Source: an uncultured delta proteobacterium
GTDB taxonomy: Bacteria; Desulfobacterota; RBG-13-43-22
Assembly (NCBI GenBank): GCA_963743305.1
Contig: CAVUPH010000002.1
Location: 1 to 64,000 of the forward strand
Direction of reading: 5' to 3'
DNA length: 64,000 bases
The notes under the pieces were generated by a model. The model searched no databases. It was not told where the DNA came from and worked only from the letters and a program-made list of their open reading frames with translations. A program made the position numbers and the translations under genes. Positions 29,719-41,004 of the stretch are shown here, in pieces. Every line of letters begins with the position of its first letter. Position 1 is the first letter of the stretch.

Positions 29719-30360
29719 CTAGGACAAGGTCTGGACGATCCGCTCAAAAATCTGCTGAATGCTGCCGATCCCCTCAATCTTGCGGACCAATCCCTTTTGT
29801 TGATAATACTGGATCAGCGGAAAAGTTTGGGAATCATAGACTTCCAGACGATTGCGCACCGTGTCCTCATTGTCGTCGTCCCGCAGATAGAGTTCGCCCT
29901 GGCATTTGTCACAGAGATCTTTATTCAGCGAAGGATTAAAAATGACATGATACATAGCGCCGCATTGCCGACAGGTCCGGCGTCCGGTCAGCCTTTTAAG
30001 CAATTCGTTCTGATCCACCTCCACGGAAATCACATGGTCGATCTGGGAATTCATTTCCGCCAGCACCTTATCCAGGGCTTGCGCCTGGGCCACGGTCCGG
30101 GGGAAGCCGTCCAGGATATAGCCCTTCTGGCAGTCCGGTTGTTTGAGCCGCTCCCGGGTTATCTCAATGACGACTTCATCGGGAACCAAGAGCCCCTTGT
30201 CCATATATTCTTTGGCCTTCAATCCCAGAGGTGTCCGTTCCTTTAAATTCGCCCGGAGGATGTCCCCGGTGGAGATTTGAGGAATCTTATACTTCTCAAT
30301 CAACATTTTGGCCTGGGTCCCCTTACCGGCGCCCGGGGGTCCTAAAAGTATCATATTCAT
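29719..30360 (-). CDS. adk: Adenylate kinase (Zn-LID type)
   Basis: GPPGAGKGTQ, LDGFPRT, CRQC/CDKC. Confidence 0.98.
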   Translation of the reverse strand: MNMILLGPPGAGKGTQAKMLIEKYKIPQISTGDILRANLKERTPLGLKAKEYMDKGLLVPDEVVIEITRERLKQPDCQKGYILDGFPRTVAQAQALDKVLAEMNSQIDHVISVEVDQNELLKRLTGRRTCRQCGAMYHVIFNPSLNKDLCDKCQGELYLRDDDNEDTVRNRLEVYDSQTFPLIQYYQQKGLVRKIEGIGSIQQIFERIVQTLS

Positions 30361-30391
30361 ACGCTGATCTTCCTCCCTTAGTGAATAGAAA

Positions 30392-31702
30392 TTACCGTTT
30401 AACGCGACCCATCCCTTTTTTCATGAAACCTTCGTAGTGGCGGGTCAACATATGCGATTCGATCTGGGCCATGGTATCGATGGCTACCCCGATGACAATT
30501 AGTAAGGCGGTGCCGCCAAAATAAAAGGGGACTTTAAAACGATAAATCAACACCGTGGGCAACACACAGACGATCGAAACGTAAAGGGCCCCGCCGAAAG
30601 TGATGCGGGTCAGCACGTGATCGATATAATCGGCCGTCCATTTCCCCGGGCGAATCCCGGGGATATACCCGCCGTACTTCTTCATATTATCGGCCACATC
30701 CACGGGGTTAAAGGTAACGGCCGTGTAAAAATAGCAAAAGAAAAAAATGAGTCCCACATAAACAAGGGAGTACAGCAAACCGCCCACACCCATATAATTC
30801 CGGACGAAACCGCTCAACCATTGAATCTGAATGAACTGGGTAATGGTGGCCGGAAACATGAGAATCGAGGAGGCAAAGATCGGGGGAATGACGCCCGAGG
30901 TATTTATTTTTAAGGGCAAATGGGTGCTTTGCCCTCCATAGACCCGCCGGCCCACTACCCGCTTGGCGTATTGTACCGGAATTCTCCGCTGGCCGCGCTC
31001 CACAAAAACAATAAACCCTACCACGCTGACCATCAGCAGGATCAGCAGGATGATAAAGATAAAATTCAATTCCCCGGTTCGCACCAACTGTCCGGTGTTG
31101 GCCAGCGCCGTGGGCATACGGGCCACAATGCCGGCAAAAATGATCAAGGAGATACCGTTGCCGATCCCCCGCTCGGTGATCTGCTCACCCAGCCACATAA
31201 TAAAAGCCGTCCCCGAGGTCAAGGTAATCATGGTCATCAAACGAAAGGCCCAGCCCGGGTCGATCACCACGCTGCCCCCGCCGGGACTGCCCATGCTTTC
31301 CATGCCGATGGCAATGCCCAAGCCCTGAAAGATCGACAAGACCACGGTCCCATAGCGGGCGTACTGGGTGATCTTCTTTCGGCCGGCTTCCCCTTCCTTC
31401 TTGAGTTTCTCCAGGTAGGGAATGACCACCGTCAGCAAATCCAGAATAATGGAGGCGCTGATGTAAGGCATGATGCCCAAAGCGAAGACGGACATATGCT
31501 CCAGGGCCCCGCCGGAGAACATATCAAACAGGCCGAAGAGGGTGCCCTGCGCCCGCTTGAAAAATGCCGCCAAGGCTACCGTGTCGATCCCGGGCGAGGG
31601 GATATGCACCCCGACCCGGTAAACGGCCAGCATGGCCAAAGTAAACCAAATCTTCTTTTTCAGTTCCGGGATCTTGGTGATATTCTGAAAACCGCTGAGC
31701 AC
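30392..31702 (-). CDS. secY: Preprotein translocase subunit SecY
   Basis: [37 protein letters not shown]. Confidence 0.98.
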   Translation of the reverse strand: MLSGFQNITKIPELKKKIWFTLAMLAVYRVGVHIPSPGIDTVALAAFFKRAQGTLFGLFDMFSGGALEHMSVFALGIMPYISASIILDLLTVVIPYLEKLKKEGEAGRKKITQYARYGTVVLSIFQGLGIAIGMESMGSPGGGSVVIDPGWAFRLMTMITLTSGTAFIMWLGEQITERGIGNGISLIIFAGIVARMPTALANTGQLVRTGELNFIFIILLILLMVSVVGFIVFVERGQRRIPVQYAKRVVGRRVYGGQSTHLPLKINTSGVIPPIFASSILMFPATITQFIQIQWLSGFVRNYMGVGGLLYSLVYVGLIFFFCYFYTAVTFNPVDVADNMKKYGGYIPGIRPGKWTADYIDHVLTRITFGGALYVSIVCVLPTVLIYRFKVPFYFGGTALLIVIGVAIDTMAQIESHMLTRHYEGFMKKGMGRVKR

Positions 31703-32170
31703 TTAGATCTCCTCTACCGTGCCTCCGGCGGCCTCAATTTTCTGACGGGCCCCCTGACTGCATTTGGTCACCTTGATAAACAGGGGGGATTGAATTTCCC
31801 CATGACCGAGCAATTTCACGCCGTCTTTCAGACGCCGGATGACCCCTTCCTTCAAGAGGATAGGGATATCGACCGTGGCTCCCCCGGCAAAGGGTTTTAA
31901 ATCCCGAATATTGACCAGGCAATAATCCATTTTCTGCAAGGGCTTAAAGCCCCGTTTGGGGAGACGTCGCTGCAGGGGCATCTGCCCCCCTTCAAAGCTC
32001 GGTCGGATATGGGCTCCTGACCGCGATTTTTGGCCCTTCATCCCCCGAGTAGCCGTTTGTCCATGCCCCGATCCGGGCCCCCGACCGACCCGTTTGGGTT
32101 TCTTTTTCGAACCCGGGGCCGGGGATAACTGGTCTAATCCGATCACCTTGCTTTGCTGTCCCGATTCCAT
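31703..32170 (-). CDS. rplO: 50S ribosomal protein L15
   Basis: RVGRGPGSGHG, FEGGQMPLQRRLPKRGF; ATG 32170 follows GGAG. Confidence 0.95.
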   Translation of the reverse strand: MESGQQSKVIGLDQLSPAPGSKKKPKRVGRGPGSGHGQTATRGMKGQKSRSGAHIRPSFEGGQMPLQRRLPKRGFKPLQKMDYCLVNIRDLKPFAGGATVDIPILLKEGVIRRLKDGVKLLGHGEIQSPLFIKVTKCSQGARQKIEAAGGTVEEI

Positions 32171-32323
32171 GCTTTCTCCGTTTCCGTTCCTTGATGTCCT
32201 TGATGACCTCGAAAAAAGGCTAACATCGCCTTTTTTCTCGGCGGGCGATCCGCCCAGGGCGGACTCTCCCGCCATTTGAAGTGAATTCAAATGGTACCAC
32301 CCTCACCCCAGGCCGGGGTTAAA

Positions 32324-32542
32324 TCACCCGCGGCCGGTGGACGAACTTATGGCCAGTCCGTCCTCTTTCACTTCCACCAGGTGGGAAACTTGGCGGACCA
32401 TCCCCCGGATTTCCGGAGTGTCCCGGCGAAGAATGACCTGGTTTATTTTTCGCAAACCCAAACTCATCAGGGTCCGCCGGTGTTTAGGGGGTCGACCGCT
32501 CCCGCTTTTGCGTAAAATAATTTGAATTAATTTATCTTCCAT
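32324..32542 (-). CDS. rpmD: 50S ribosomal protein L30
   Basis: LGLRKINQV..DTPEIRGMV..VSHLV. Confidence 0.93.
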   Translation of the reverse strand: MEDKLIQIILRKSGSGRPPKHRRTLMSLGLRKINQVILRRDTPEIRGMVRQVSHLVEVKEDGLAISSSTGRG

Positions 32543-32547
32543 GATCC

Positions 32548-33045
32548 TTACCTGATTTCCGCTACGGATTTGCCCCGTTTCTGAGCGATCATCTCCGGGC
32601 TGTATAGATTTTTCAGGGCTTCCAAGGCGGCCTTGATGACATTATGGGGGTTGTGTGATCCCAGACACTTCGTCAGGATGTTTTGAACCCCCCCAGCCTC
32701 CATAACCGCCCGGACCGCTCCCCCGGCAATAATCCCTGTCCCCTTGGAAGCCGGTTTCAGTAATACCCGACCGGCGCCGAAACGCCCGATGACTTCATGG
32801 GGGATGGTCTGGTCCACCAAAGGAAAATCCTTCATATCCCTTTTGGCCTTTTCCATGGCCTTACGGATGGCCTCCGGCACTTCATTGGCCTTTCCCAAGC
32901 CGCTGCCCACTTTCCCGTTGCCGTCCCCGACCACGGCTAAGGCACTAAAACTGAAGCGGCGTCCGCCTTTGACCACTTTGGCGACCCGATTGATATGCAC
33001 CACCTTATTGATCAATAATTTTTCGGTCGTATTGAAGTCTGACAA
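32548..33045 (-). CDS. rpsE: 30S ribosomal protein S5
   Basis: [16 protein letters not shown]. Confidence 0.97.
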   Translation of the reverse strand: MSDFNTTEKLLINKVVHINRVAKVVKGGRRFSFSALAVVGDGNGKVGSGLGKANEVPEAIRKAMEKAKRDMKDFPLVDQTIPHEVIGRFGAGRVLLKPASKGTGIIAGGAVRAVMEAGGVQNILTKCLGSHNPHNVIKAALEALKNLYSPEMIAQKRGKSVAEIR

Positions 33046-33057
33046 TCGTCCCTCCCC

Positions 33058-33423
33058 CTAAAATTCTAATCCGGCCTCTCGAGCGGCCTCGGAAACGGCC
33101 TTTACCCGTCCGTGATAGAGAAAACCATTCCGATCAAAGACTACCTTCTTAATCCCCTGGGCGGCGGCCTTTTGGGCCAGCAGGGCTCCCACCTTCTTGG
33201 CCATATCCGTCTTCTTCCCGGCCGGCACCCCTTTGAGCTCCGGACTTAAACTGGATACCTGCAACAAGGTGCGCCCGGATGTATCCACAATGATCTGGAG
33301 GTAAATATGGCGGGCGCTTCGAAAGACCGATAGCCGCGGACGGTCCTCGATTCCTCGGATTTTCTTCCGCACCCTTTTTTTACGCTTCAAATGAGCCAAT
33401 TTTTTCTTTTCAGACGTTTCCAT
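33058..33423 (-). CDS. rplR: 50S ribosomal protein L18
   Basis: [25 protein letters not shown]. Confidence 0.97.
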   Translation of the reverse strand: METSEKKKLAHLKRKKRVRKKIRGIEDRPRLSVFRSARHIYLQIIVDTSGRTLLQVSSLSPELKGVPAGKKTDMAKKVGALLAQKAAAQGIKKVVFDRNGFLYHGRVKAVSEAAREAGLEF

Positions 33424-33437
33424 AAGCAATGGTTCCC

Positions 33438-33977
33438 TTACTTGGAGCCGGTTTTCCCCACCTTACGGCGGACGGTTTCTTCGGCATAGCGAATCCCTTT
33501 ACCCTTATAGGGTTCCGGTGGTCTGAACTTGCGGATATGAGCCGCAGTGAGTCCCAAGAGGTCACGGTCAATTCCCCGGATGATAATTCGATTCTGTTTT
33601 TCAACTTGGGCCGATACCCCTAACGGCAGCGGATAGATCACCGGATGGGAGTAGCCCAAATTCATCACCAGTTGCTCGCCCTGCAGTTCAGCCCGATAGC
33701 CGACCCCCTGAATGTCCAGAATCCTTTCGAAGCCTTCGGACACCCCTTTGACCATGTTGGCCAGCAGGGATCGGATCAACCCGAATTGCGCTTGGATTTT
33801 TTTCGATTCAGCCAAGGTTTTAACTATCATTTGATCCCCCTGAATCGATACTTCCAACTCCGGTGGAATCGAACGATTCAGGGAGCCCTTGGGCCCCTGG
33901 ACCATCACCTCCCCATCCTGGATGGTGATCGTCACTTGACTTGGAACAGGAATGGGCTTTTTACCAACCCGGGACAT
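33438..33977 (-). CDS. rplF: 50S ribosomal protein L6
   Basis: MSRVGKKPI, RPPEPYKGKGIRY. Confidence 0.98.
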   Translation of the reverse strand: MSRVGKKPIPVPSQVTITIQDGEVMVQGPKGSLNRSIPPELEVSIQGDQMIVKTLAESKKIQAQFGLIRSLLANMVKGVSEGFERILDIQGVGYRAELQGEQLVMNLGYSHPVIYPLPLGVSAQVEKQNRIIIRGIDRDLLGLTAAHIRKFRPPEPYKGKGIRYAEETVRRKVGKTGSK

Positions 33978-34007
33978 ATAAACTTCCTCCTCTACCTTCT
34001 TTCCAGG

Positions 34008-34406
34008 TTACCAAAGGGAACACATTATTTCGCCGCCTACACCTTGTTTGCGGGCTTCTCGATCGGTTAGGATCCCTTTGGATGTGGAGAGAACGGAAAT
34101 CCCCAGCCCGTTTAAGATCTTGGGAATGGCATCGTTCCCGGCATAGACCCGTCGGCTCGGCCGACTGACCCGAACCAACCGTTGAATAACACCTCGGTTT
34201 TTCTCATCATACCGTAAATAGATCCGCAGGATTCCCTGGCGATTGTCTTTAATGACTTTAAAATTCTTGATGTAGCCCTCGTCCTTAAAAATCCGGGCAA
34301 TCTGGACTTTCAGCTTCGACGATGGGATGTCCACTTTGGCAAATTTGGCGCCACTGGCATTCCGGACGCGTGTCAGCATATCGGCCACGGGATCGGTCAT
34401 ACCCAT
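34008..34406 (-). CDS. rpsH: 30S ribosomal protein S8
   Basis: TDPVADMLTRVRNA, STSKGILTD. Confidence 0.98.
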   Translation of the reverse strand: MGMTDPVADMLTRVRNASGAKFAKVDIPSSKLKVQIARIFKDEGYIKNFKVIKDNRQGILRIYLRYDEKNRGVIQRLVRVSRPSRRVYAGNDAIPKILNGLGISVLSTSKGILTDREARKQGVGGEIMCSLW

Positions 34407-34442
34407 TTGTGCATCTCCTTTTGTTCTTCGATTAAACCCGGA

Positions 34443-34628
34443 CTACCAACTGGACTTGATAACCCCGGGAATATTTCCCTGAAGGGCCATGGTCCGGAAA
34501 CAGATTCGGCAAATCCCGAACTTACGGATAAAAGCCCGTGGCCGGCCGCAAAAAGGGCAGCGGTTATAGCCACGCACCTTAAACTTCGGTGTCCGCTGCG
34601 ACTTTAACAACATAGATTTTTTCGCCAA
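34443..34628 (-). CDS. rpsN: 30S ribosomal protein S14 (type Z, Zn-binding)
   Basis: TTG start AKKSM; [10 protein letters not shown]...CRICFR; 61 aa. Confidence 0.96.
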   Translation of the reverse strand: MAKKSMLLKSQRTPKFKVRGYNRCPFCGRPRAFIRKFGICRICFRTMALQGNIPGVIKSSW

Positions 34629-34673
34629 TGAATCTTCCTCCTTATCCCGCCGGAAGCGTGGGATCCCCAAACG

Positions 34674-35213
34674 CTAATTTCGGAAGGGCATTCCCAACAA
34701 CCGGAGGAGGGTGCGCCCTTCTTCGTCGGTCCGAGCGGTGGTTACCAGGGTTATATTCAGCCCTTTAATCTTGTCAATTTTATCGTAGTTAATTTCCGGG
34801 AAGATGATATGTTCCTTGATCCCCAGGGTGTAATTTCCTCTCCCATCAAAGGATTTGGCGGAAACCCCGCGAAAATCGCGGACCCGCGGCAGGGTAATAT
34901 GCATCAATTTATCCAGAAAGTCATACATCCGCTCCTGGCGCAAGGTGACCCGGCAACCGATGGGCATGTTTTCCCGCAGTTTGAAGGAAGCAATGGATTT
35001 TTTGGCCCGGGTGATCACCGGTTTCTGACCGGCGATCAGGGTCATCTCTTCCGAGGCGGTATCCAGAATTTTAATATTTTGGATCGCTTCCCCCAAACCC
35101 ATATTTAAAATCACTTTTTCCAGTCGGGGAACCTGCATAATATTTTTATAACTGAACTGCTGCTGCAGCGCCGGCCGAACTTCTTCTTGATATATTTTCC
35201 GTAATCTGGACAT
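34674..35213 (-). CDS. rplE: 50S ribosomal protein L5
   Basis: [27 protein letters not shown]. Confidence 0.98.
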   Translation of the reverse strand: MSRLRKIYQEEVRPALQQQFSYKNIMQVPRLEKVILNMGLGEAIQNIKILDTASEEMTLIAGQKPVITRAKKSIASFKLRENMPIGCRVTLRQERMYDFLDKLMHITLPRVRDFRGVSAKSFDGRGNYTLGIKEHIIFPEINYDKIDKIKGLNITLVTTARTDEEGRTLLRLLGMPFRN

Positions 35214-35231
35214 GAGGCTGCTTCCTTTTGG

Positions 35232-35564
35232 CTATTTATTCTCCAAGATCTCCCCGCATTTTTTACAGACCCGGACGGTTTTGCCGTCATCCAACCGCCG
35301 GCGACCAACGCGGACCGGATCGGTGCACTTGGCGCAGATCAGCATCAGGTTGGAGACATGAATCGGAGCTTCCTTCTCAATGATTCCCCCCTTGCTGGTT
35401 TTCCCTCCCGGACGGGTATGTTTTTTGATATAGTTCAATTTTTCGACTACGGCCCGCTCTTTTTCCGGATAAACTATCAAAATTTTGCCCACTTTCCCTT
35501 TTTCTTTTCCGGCCATGACCATCACTTTGTCGTTTTTCTTGAACCCTATCTTTTGCCCGTTCAT
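35232..35564 (-). CDS. rplX: 50S ribosomal protein L24
   Basis: KOW motif AGKEKGKVG; EAPIHVSN. Confidence 0.97.
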   Translation of the reverse strand: MNGQKIGFKKNDKVMVMAGKEKGKVGKILIVYPEKERAVVEKLNYIKKHTRPGGKTSKGGIIEKEAPIHVSNLMLICAKCTDPVRVGRRRLDDGKTVRVCKKCGEILENK

Positions 35565-35584
35565 GAACGCTTTCCTTTCCCGCC

Positions 35585-35953
35585 CTAGAGGACTTCCGGG
35601 GCCAGGGAGATGATCTTCATAAAATTCTTCCCCCGCAACTCCCGGGCGACCGGACCAAAAATCCGGGTGCCGATCGGTTCCCGTTGCTGATTGATTAAGA
35701 CGGCCGAGTTGTCATCGAATTTAATATAGGACCCGTCGGGCCGGGAGATCTCCTTCTTGGTCCGAACCACCACGGCCTTGACCACATCCCCCTTCTTGAC
35801 CTTGGCATTGGGGATGGCTTCTTTAACCGAAACCACGATAATATCCCCCACCCGGGCATAGCGCCGTCGCGTACCGCCCAAGACTCGAATACAAAATAGT
35901 CTTTTAGCCCCTGAATTGTCGGCCACTTCCAATTGTGTTTGTGTCTGAATCAT
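35585..35953 (-). CDS. rplN: 50S ribosomal protein L14
   Basis: [21 protein letters not shown]. Confidence 0.98.
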   Translation of the reverse strand: MIQTQTQLEVADNSGAKRLFCIRVLGGTRRRYARVGDIIVVSVKEAIPNAKVKKGDVVKAVVVRTKKEISRPDGSYIKFDDNSAVLINQQREPIGTRIFGPVARELRGKNFMKIISLAPEVL

Positions 35954-35968
35954 AAGCCCACCCTAATG

Positions 35969-36226
35969 TTAGCTCGTTTTTTCTAAAATCTTATTTACCG
36001 CGAACCGTTTCAGACGGCTCAAGGGCCGAGTCTCCTTGATCAGTACTCGATCCCCGATCCGGCACTGGTTGCTTTCATCGTGGGCCAAATATTTGGTCTT
36101 GCGGTGAATGTATTTCTGATACACCGGATGGCGGACCAATCGTTCCACGGCCACCACCACCGTTTTTTCCATCTTGTTGGAAACCACCGTACCGGTTAAA
36201 TCCCTGCGAATGCCCCTGGTCTTCAT
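35969..36226 (-). CDS. rpsQ: 30S ribosomal protein S17
   Basis: [20 protein letters not shown]. Confidence 0.97.
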   Translation of the reverse strand: MKTRGIRRDLTGTVVSNKMEKTVVVAVERLVRHPVYQKYIHRKTKYLAHDESNQCRIGDRVLIKETRPLSRLKRFAVNKILEKTS

Positions 36227-36237
36227 CTTGTCGCCTC

Positions 36238-36441
36238 TTAACGATTTTGTTGGGCTGCGATTTTTTCCCGGAGGATTGTTTTAATCCGGGCCAAATCTCT
36301 TTTAGTGGTTGAAAGCCGCATGCTGTTCTCCAATAAACCCGTCGCCTGCTGGAATCGAAGGTTAAACAGGGACTCCTGGGTTTCCTTTTCTTTGGACCGC
36401 AATTCCTCCAAGGGTAGATCCCGCAATTCGGTTGGTTTCAC
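36238..36441 (-). CDS. rpmC: 50S ribosomal protein L29
   Basis: [22 protein letters not shown]. Confidence 0.96.
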   Translation of the reverse strand: MKPTELRDLPLEELRSKEKETQESLFNLRFQQATGLLENSMRLSTTKRDLARIKTILREKIAAQQNR

Positions 36442-36851
36442 ACTGCACTCCTGAATATGATCTTGGTCTTGATCGGAAGTTTGTGAGCGGCTAAACGGAG
36501 GGCCTCATCCGCTGTTTCCTTGGAAACCCCTTCCATCTCGTAAATAATCCGCCCGGGGCGGATTACCGCCACCCAGCCCTCCGGGGCTCCTTTTCCTTTT
36601 CCCATCCGGGTTTCGGCCGGCTTCTTGGTCACGGGTTTATCCGGAAAGACTCGAATCCAGATTTTCCCACCCCTTTTGATGGAGCGGGTCATGGCAATTC
36701 GAGCGGCCTCAATCTGCTGAGCCGTGATTCGGCCGCATTCCAGCGCCTGTAACCCGAAATCTCCGAAGGAGAGGTCCGATCCTCGATAGGCGGCCCCCCG
36801 CATCCGTCCCTTGAATTGTTTGCGGTATTTGACTTTTTTTGGACTAAGCAT
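36438..36851 (-). CDS. rplP: 50S ribosomal protein L16
   Basis: [18 protein letters not shown]. Confidence 0.98.
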   Translation of the reverse strand: MLSPKKVKYRKQFKGRMRGAAYRGSDLSFGDFGLQALECGRITAQQIEAARIAMTRSIKRGGKIWIRVFPDKPVTKKPAETRMGKGKGAPEGWVAVIRPGRIIYEMEGVSKETADEALRLAAHKLPIKTKIIFRSAV

Positions 36852-36866
36852 GGTCTCTAATTCCTT

Positions 36867-37514
36867 TTAAAGGTTCCGACCTTTTTTCTCAGGCAGGCTT
36901 TCCCCTTTGAACATAATCACTTTTACTCCAATGAGTCCGTAGGTGGTGGCCGCCTCGGCGAATCCGTAATCGATGTCGGCTCGCAAGGTGTGCAACGGGA
37001 CCCGTCCCTCCCGGTACCATTCGGAGCGGGCCATTTCCGCCCCCCCCAATCGACCGGCACAGGAAATCTTTATGCCTTTGGCGCCGAATTTCAGCGCGGA
37101 ATTTACCGCTTTTTTCATGGCCCTCCGGAAAGCTACCCTTCTTTCCAATTGCTGGGCTACGTTTTCAGCCACCAACTGCGCCTCGATCTCCGGTTTTCGA
37201 ACTTCTTGGATATCAATAATCACTTCGCGCTGAATGATGCCTTCCAGTTCCTTTTTTAAACTTTCAATCTGGGCCCCTTTTTTTCCGATGACAATCCCGG
37301 GCCGCGCGGTAAAGATAATGATCTTGACCTTATTGGCGGCCCTTTCAATATCGAGGCGGGCAATACCGGCCTCATAGAGTCGCTTCTTTAGAAATTCTCT
37401 GATGGTCTTATCTTCCCGAAGGAATTTTGAAAAGTCTTTATCAGCAAACCACCTGGAATTCCAGGCCTTGTTATACCCTAAGCGAAACCCGACCGGATGT
37501 ACTTTTTGTCCCAA
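36867..37514 (-). CDS. rpsC: 30S ribosomal protein S3
   Basis: [26 protein letters not shown]. Confidence 0.98.
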   Translation of the reverse strand: MGQKVHPVGFRLGYNKAWNSRWFADKDFSKFLREDKTIREFLKKRLYEAGIARLDIERAANKVKIIIFTARPGIVIGKKGAQIESLKKELEGIIQREVIIDIQEVRKPEIEAQLVAENVAQQLERRVAFRRAMKKAVNSALKFGAKGIKISCAGRLGGAEMARSEWYREGRVPLHTLRADIDYGFAEAATTYGLIGVKVIMFKGESLPEKKGRNL

Positions 37515-37529
37515 GCTATCCTCCTTGGC

Positions 37530-37859
37530 TTAATTTTCGTCTAAAATGACCGTAATGTGGCTGGTTCGTTTCAAAATGGGTGTGGCCCGGCCCATGGCCC
37601 GGGGCATAAATCGTTTCAACGTGGGGCCCTGGTCCACCAAGATTTTTTTGACTACCAAGGTATCGATATCCACCTTGTTCTGGCCGGCATTGGCTACCGC
37701 GGAGTGCAGCACCCGGTTCAGTATCCGGGCGCCTTTCCGGGGAATAAATCCCAGCAAGGCGATGGCTTCTTCCACTTTTTTCCCTTTGATGGCCGGGATG
37801 ATGACCTGGACCTTTCGGGAAGCAATCCGGATATATTTGGCTTGTGCTTTCGTCTCCAT
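37530..37859 (-). CDS. rplV: 50S ribosomal protein L22
   Basis: KRFMPRAMGRA, KRTSHITV. Confidence 0.97.
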   Translation of the reverse strand: METKAQAKYIRIASRKVQVIIPAIKGKKVEEAIALLGFIPRKGARILNRVLHSAVANAGQNKVDIDTLVVKKILVDQGPTLKRFMPRAMGRATPILKRTSHITVILDEN

Positions 37860-37874
37860 GCGTTGTTCCCTTTT

Positions 37875-38165
37875 CTATTTCCCTTTCCCCTTCACCGCCG
37901 TTTTTTTACTCCCCGCATGGGCATAAAAAATACGGGTGGGGGAAAATTCTCCCAATTTGTGGCCGACCATGTTCTCGCTGACGAAAACCGGAATGAATTT
38001 CTTGCCGTTATGGACGGCAAAGGTGGCGCCGACAAATTCCGGAAGGATCGTTGACCGGCGAGACCACGTTTTTATAACTTTTCGGCTTTTGTTATCCTGG
38101 GCCTCTTGTACTTTTCGAATGAGGTGATCATCGACAAAGGGTCCTTTTTTTATTGAGCGCGCCAC
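37875..38165 (-). CDS. rpsS: 30S ribosomal protein S19
   Basis: [25 protein letters not shown]. Confidence 0.98.
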   Translation of the reverse strand: MARSIKKGPFVDDHLIRKVQEAQDNKSRKVIKTWSRRSTILPEFVGATFAVHNGKKFIPVFVSENMVGHKLGEFSPTRIFYAHAGSKKTAVKGKGK

Positions 38166-38187
38166 GTCTTCCCCCTATCCTTCTCCT

Positions 38188-39012
38188 TTAAGATTTCCGG
38201 CGTTTAACAATCAGCCGATCACTGGCCTTGTTCTTTCGAGTCCGATAGCCCTTGGTCGGGACCCCCCAGGGAGTCACCGGATGGCGTCCGCCCGAACTCT
38301 TACCTTCCCCGCCGCCGTGCGGGTGATCCACCGGGTTCATGGCCACCCCTCGAGATTGGGGACGTTTTCCCAACCAGCGGCTCCGGCCGGCTTTGCCGAT
38401 GGTGATATTTTCCTGATCCAAATTGCCGTTCTGTCCGATAGTGGCCTTACAGGTCAAGAGGACTTTGCGCACTTCCCCGGAAGGCATTTTGATCTGGGCA
38501 TATTTTCCTTCTTTGGCCATCAACTGAGCGTACGTCCCGGCGCTGCGCACCAATTGTCCCCCCTTGCCGGGTTGGAGTTCGAGGTTGTGCACATGCGTTC
38601 CCAAAGGAATATTGGCCAGGGGCAGGGTGTTTCCCGGTTTGATGTCCGCGTGGGGACTGCTGACGACCAAGTCACCGACCTTAAGTTTAGTTGGGGCCAG
38701 GATGTACCTTTTTTCCCCGTCGGCATAAGTCAACAAGGCAATACGGGTAGTCCGGTTGGGATCATATTCAATCCGGGCCACCCGGGCGGGAATCTCCAAT
38801 TTATCCCGCTTAAAATCGATCAAACGATAAAGACGTTTATGTCCCCCACCGCGATGCCGGCTGGTTATCCGCCCGTAGGCGTTTCGACCGCCGGTCTTGT
38901 GTAGCGGCTCCACCAATCCGCGAACCGGTCGTTCGGAGCTTATTCCTTCAAAGGTATCGAAGGTTTGCCACCGACGGCCGGCGGAGGTCGGGGTACAGGT
39001 TTTGATGGCCAT
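38188..39012 (-). CDS. rplB: 50S ribosomal protein L2
   Basis: [24 protein letters not shown]. Confidence 0.98.
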   Translation of the reverse strand: MAIKTCTPTSAGRRWQTFDTFEGISSERPVRGLVEPLHKTGGRNAYGRITSRHRGGGHKRLYRLIDFKRDKLEIPARVARIEYDPNRTTRIALLTYADGEKRYILAPTKLKVGDLVVSSPHADIKPGNTLPLANIPLGTHVHNLELQPGKGGQLVRSAGTYAQLMAKEGKYAQIKMPSGEVRKVLLTCKATIGQNGNLDQENITIGKAGRSRWLGKRPQSRGVAMNPVDHPHGGGEGKSSGGRHPVTPWGVPTKGYRTRKNKASDRLIVKRRKS

Positions 39013-39055
39013 AGGTTTTTCTCCTGATGCTTAACGGATCGAAAACGATCCCAGC

Positions 39056-39337
39056 CTATAAGTTCTCAATCATTTCCCCGGGCGCCAGGCGGACCAGGGC
39101 TTTCTTCCAATCGGCTTTCTGACCGAGGAAGCGTCCAACTTTTTTCTTCTTGCCTTCCATCTGCATCAGATTGACCCGTAACACTTTGACTTTAAATAAT
39201 TTTTCAATGGCCTGCTTAACCTCCGACCGGTTGGCCCGCCGATCCACCTCAAAGGAGAGCTGGTTGAAGGCTTCCTTCTGTCGGGTGTTTTTCTCAGTGA
39301 CCAAGGGGCGCTTGATGACTTGATAGATATCTTTCAT
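39056..39337 (-). CDS. rplW: 50S ribosomal protein L23
   Basis: PLVTEK, FKVKV, WKKALV. Confidence 0.96.
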   Translation of the reverse strand: MKDIYQVIKRPLVTEKNTRQKEAFNQLSFEVDRRANRSEVKQAIEKLFKVKVLRVNLMQMEGKKKKVGRFLGQKADWKKALVRLAPGEMIENL

Positions 39338-39957
39338 TGGCTTAAGGTCTCCTCAAGACGCAATACGGTGGGCTGGTTCAGCACCAAATGTTCGAATTTC
39401 AAGATATCGTAGACGTTGAGGCCTTCGACCCGCAACGTCTTGACGAAAGGCAGGTTGTGCGCGGACTTTTCAAAATTCAAATGGTCCTGATCCATTATAA
39501 ATAAGGTCTTTTTTAAGTCAAAGCGATCCAGAAGCTGGCAAAATTTCTTGGTTTTGATTTCGTCCAGGTTGAAATCCTCCAGAACCAGGAGCCGATCGCT
39601 CTGCCACTTGGAGGAGAGGGCCATCCGTAAGGCCAGTTTCTTCATTTTTTTGGGCACCCTCACCTGGTACACCCGGGGTTGGGGGCCAAAAACAACCCCG
39701 CCTTTGCGCATCAGGGGTGAAGTAATCGCCCCGGCCCTGGCCCGACCGCCGCCTTTCTGGCGAAAAGGTTTTTTGCCGCCCCCTCTAACTTCGGACCGGC
39801 CTTTGGTCGCCGACGTGCCGGAGCGGCGGTTGGTCAACTGCATGGTCACCACCCGGTGGAGCAGGTGCGTATCAACCGGGCGATTGAAAATGGCTTCGTT
39901 GAGGGTCAGCTCGCCCACTTTTTCTTTGCTAATATTATAAACACTAACCGTTGGCAT
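39334..39957 (-). CDS. rplD: 50S ribosomal protein L4
   Basis: RGGGKKPFRQKG.GRARAG, GGVVFGPQPR. Confidence 0.97.
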   Translation of the reverse strand: MPTVSVYNISKEKVGELTLNEAIFNRPVDTHLLHRVVTMQLTNRRSGTSATKGRSEVRGGGKKPFRQKGGGRARAGAITSPLMRKGGVVFGPQPRVYQVRVPKKMKKLALRMALSSKWQSDRLLVLEDFNLDEIKTKKFCQLLDRFDLKKTLFIMDQDHLNFEKSAHNLPFVKTLRVEGLNVYDILKFEHLVLNQPTVLRLEETLSQ

Positions 39958-40023
39958 AACGAATTCCTTGTCTTTCCTGGGTCCCGCGCGGTTTGGCCTT
40001 TTCCGACCCCGGCAGATGCTCGC

Positions 40024-40644
40024 TTACTGTTTGTAAACGGCGACCATGGAGTTGCGAGCCCCGGGGATCGCCCCTTTGATGATAATCAAATTCAATTCCG
40101 GGCGAATATCCACCACCGACAGGTTTTTTACGGTGACTTGACGATGGCCCAAATGACCGGGCATTTTCTTCCCTTTGATCACCCGGGACGGATAGGCGCT
40201 CGACCCGATGGAACCGGGGACCGCGTGCGAGGTACAGCCGTGTGTGGCTTTCCCCCCGGCAAACCCCCAGCGCTTGACCACCCCGGCAAATCCCTTCCCC
40301 TTGGACACCCCCTGAACCTTAACCTGTTCTCCAATGGCAAAAATATCCACTCTGATCTCATCGCCGATCTGATAAGGGGGTTCGGGATCGGCTGAAAATT
40401 CCTTTAAGTGAACGTAGGGTTCCAGCCCCTGCTTCTTAAAATATCCGGCCTGGGGTTTATTGACGGCCTTTTTTTTCCTTAACTGGTACCCTAACTGCAG
40501 GGCGAGCCGCTGGGTGGCCGTTTCCGGCTTGACTCGAACCACCTGACAGGGTCCGACTTCGATCAGCGTAACGGGCACAGACTTACCTTCCTCAACAAAC
40601 AGGCGGGTCATCCCGATTTTTTTTCCTAGTATTCCTTGTACCAT
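40024..40644 (-). CDS. rplC: 50S ribosomal protein L3
   Basis: [30 protein letters not shown]. Confidence 0.97.
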   Translation of the reverse strand: MVQGILGKKIGMTRLFVEEGKSVPVTLIEVGPCQVVRVKPETATQRLALQLGYQLRKKKAVNKPQAGYFKKQGLEPYVHLKEFSADPEPPYQIGDEIRVDIFAIGEQVKVQGVSKGKGFAGVVKRWGFAGGKATHGCTSHAVPGSIGSSAYPSRVIKGKKMPGHLGHRQVTVKNLSVVDIRPELNLIIIKGAIPGARNSMVAVYKQ

Positions 40645-40669
40645 CTGTTCTTGCCCCTTCCAGGCCTCT

Positions 40670-40981
40670 CTACAATTTTATCTCCACATCCACACCGGCG
40701 GAGAGGTCTAACTTCATTAAGGCATCCACTGTGGCTTGGGTAGGTTCCAGAATATCCAGTAACCGTTTGTGCGTCCGAATTTCAAACTGTTCACGCGATT
40801 TCTTATCCACGTGGGGGGACCGCAGGACGCAAAACTTCTTGATTCGGGTCGGCAAGGGAATCGGTCCGGCGATTCGCGCACCGGTCCGCTTGGCCGTCTC
40901 CACGATTTCGGCCGCCGACTGGTCCAGGAGTCTATGATCAAAGGCCCTGAGTTGAATTCGAATCTTCTGACTGGTCATCAT
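40670..40981 (-). CDS. rpsJ: 30S ribosomal protein S10
   Basis: [21 protein letters not shown]. Confidence 0.98.
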   Translation of the reverse strand: MMTSQKIRIQLRAFDHRLLDQSAAEIVETAKRTGARIAGPIPLPTRIKKFCVLRSPHVDKKSREQFEIRTHKRLLDILEPTQATVDALMKLDLSAGVDVEIKL

Positions 40982-41004
40982 AATCTAATCCTTTAGCAAT
41001 TCCG

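Noticed and set aside
32171-32290. 40-aa upstream extension of L15
   Set aside because: It crosses the intergenic hairpin; the ATG at 32170 has an RBS.
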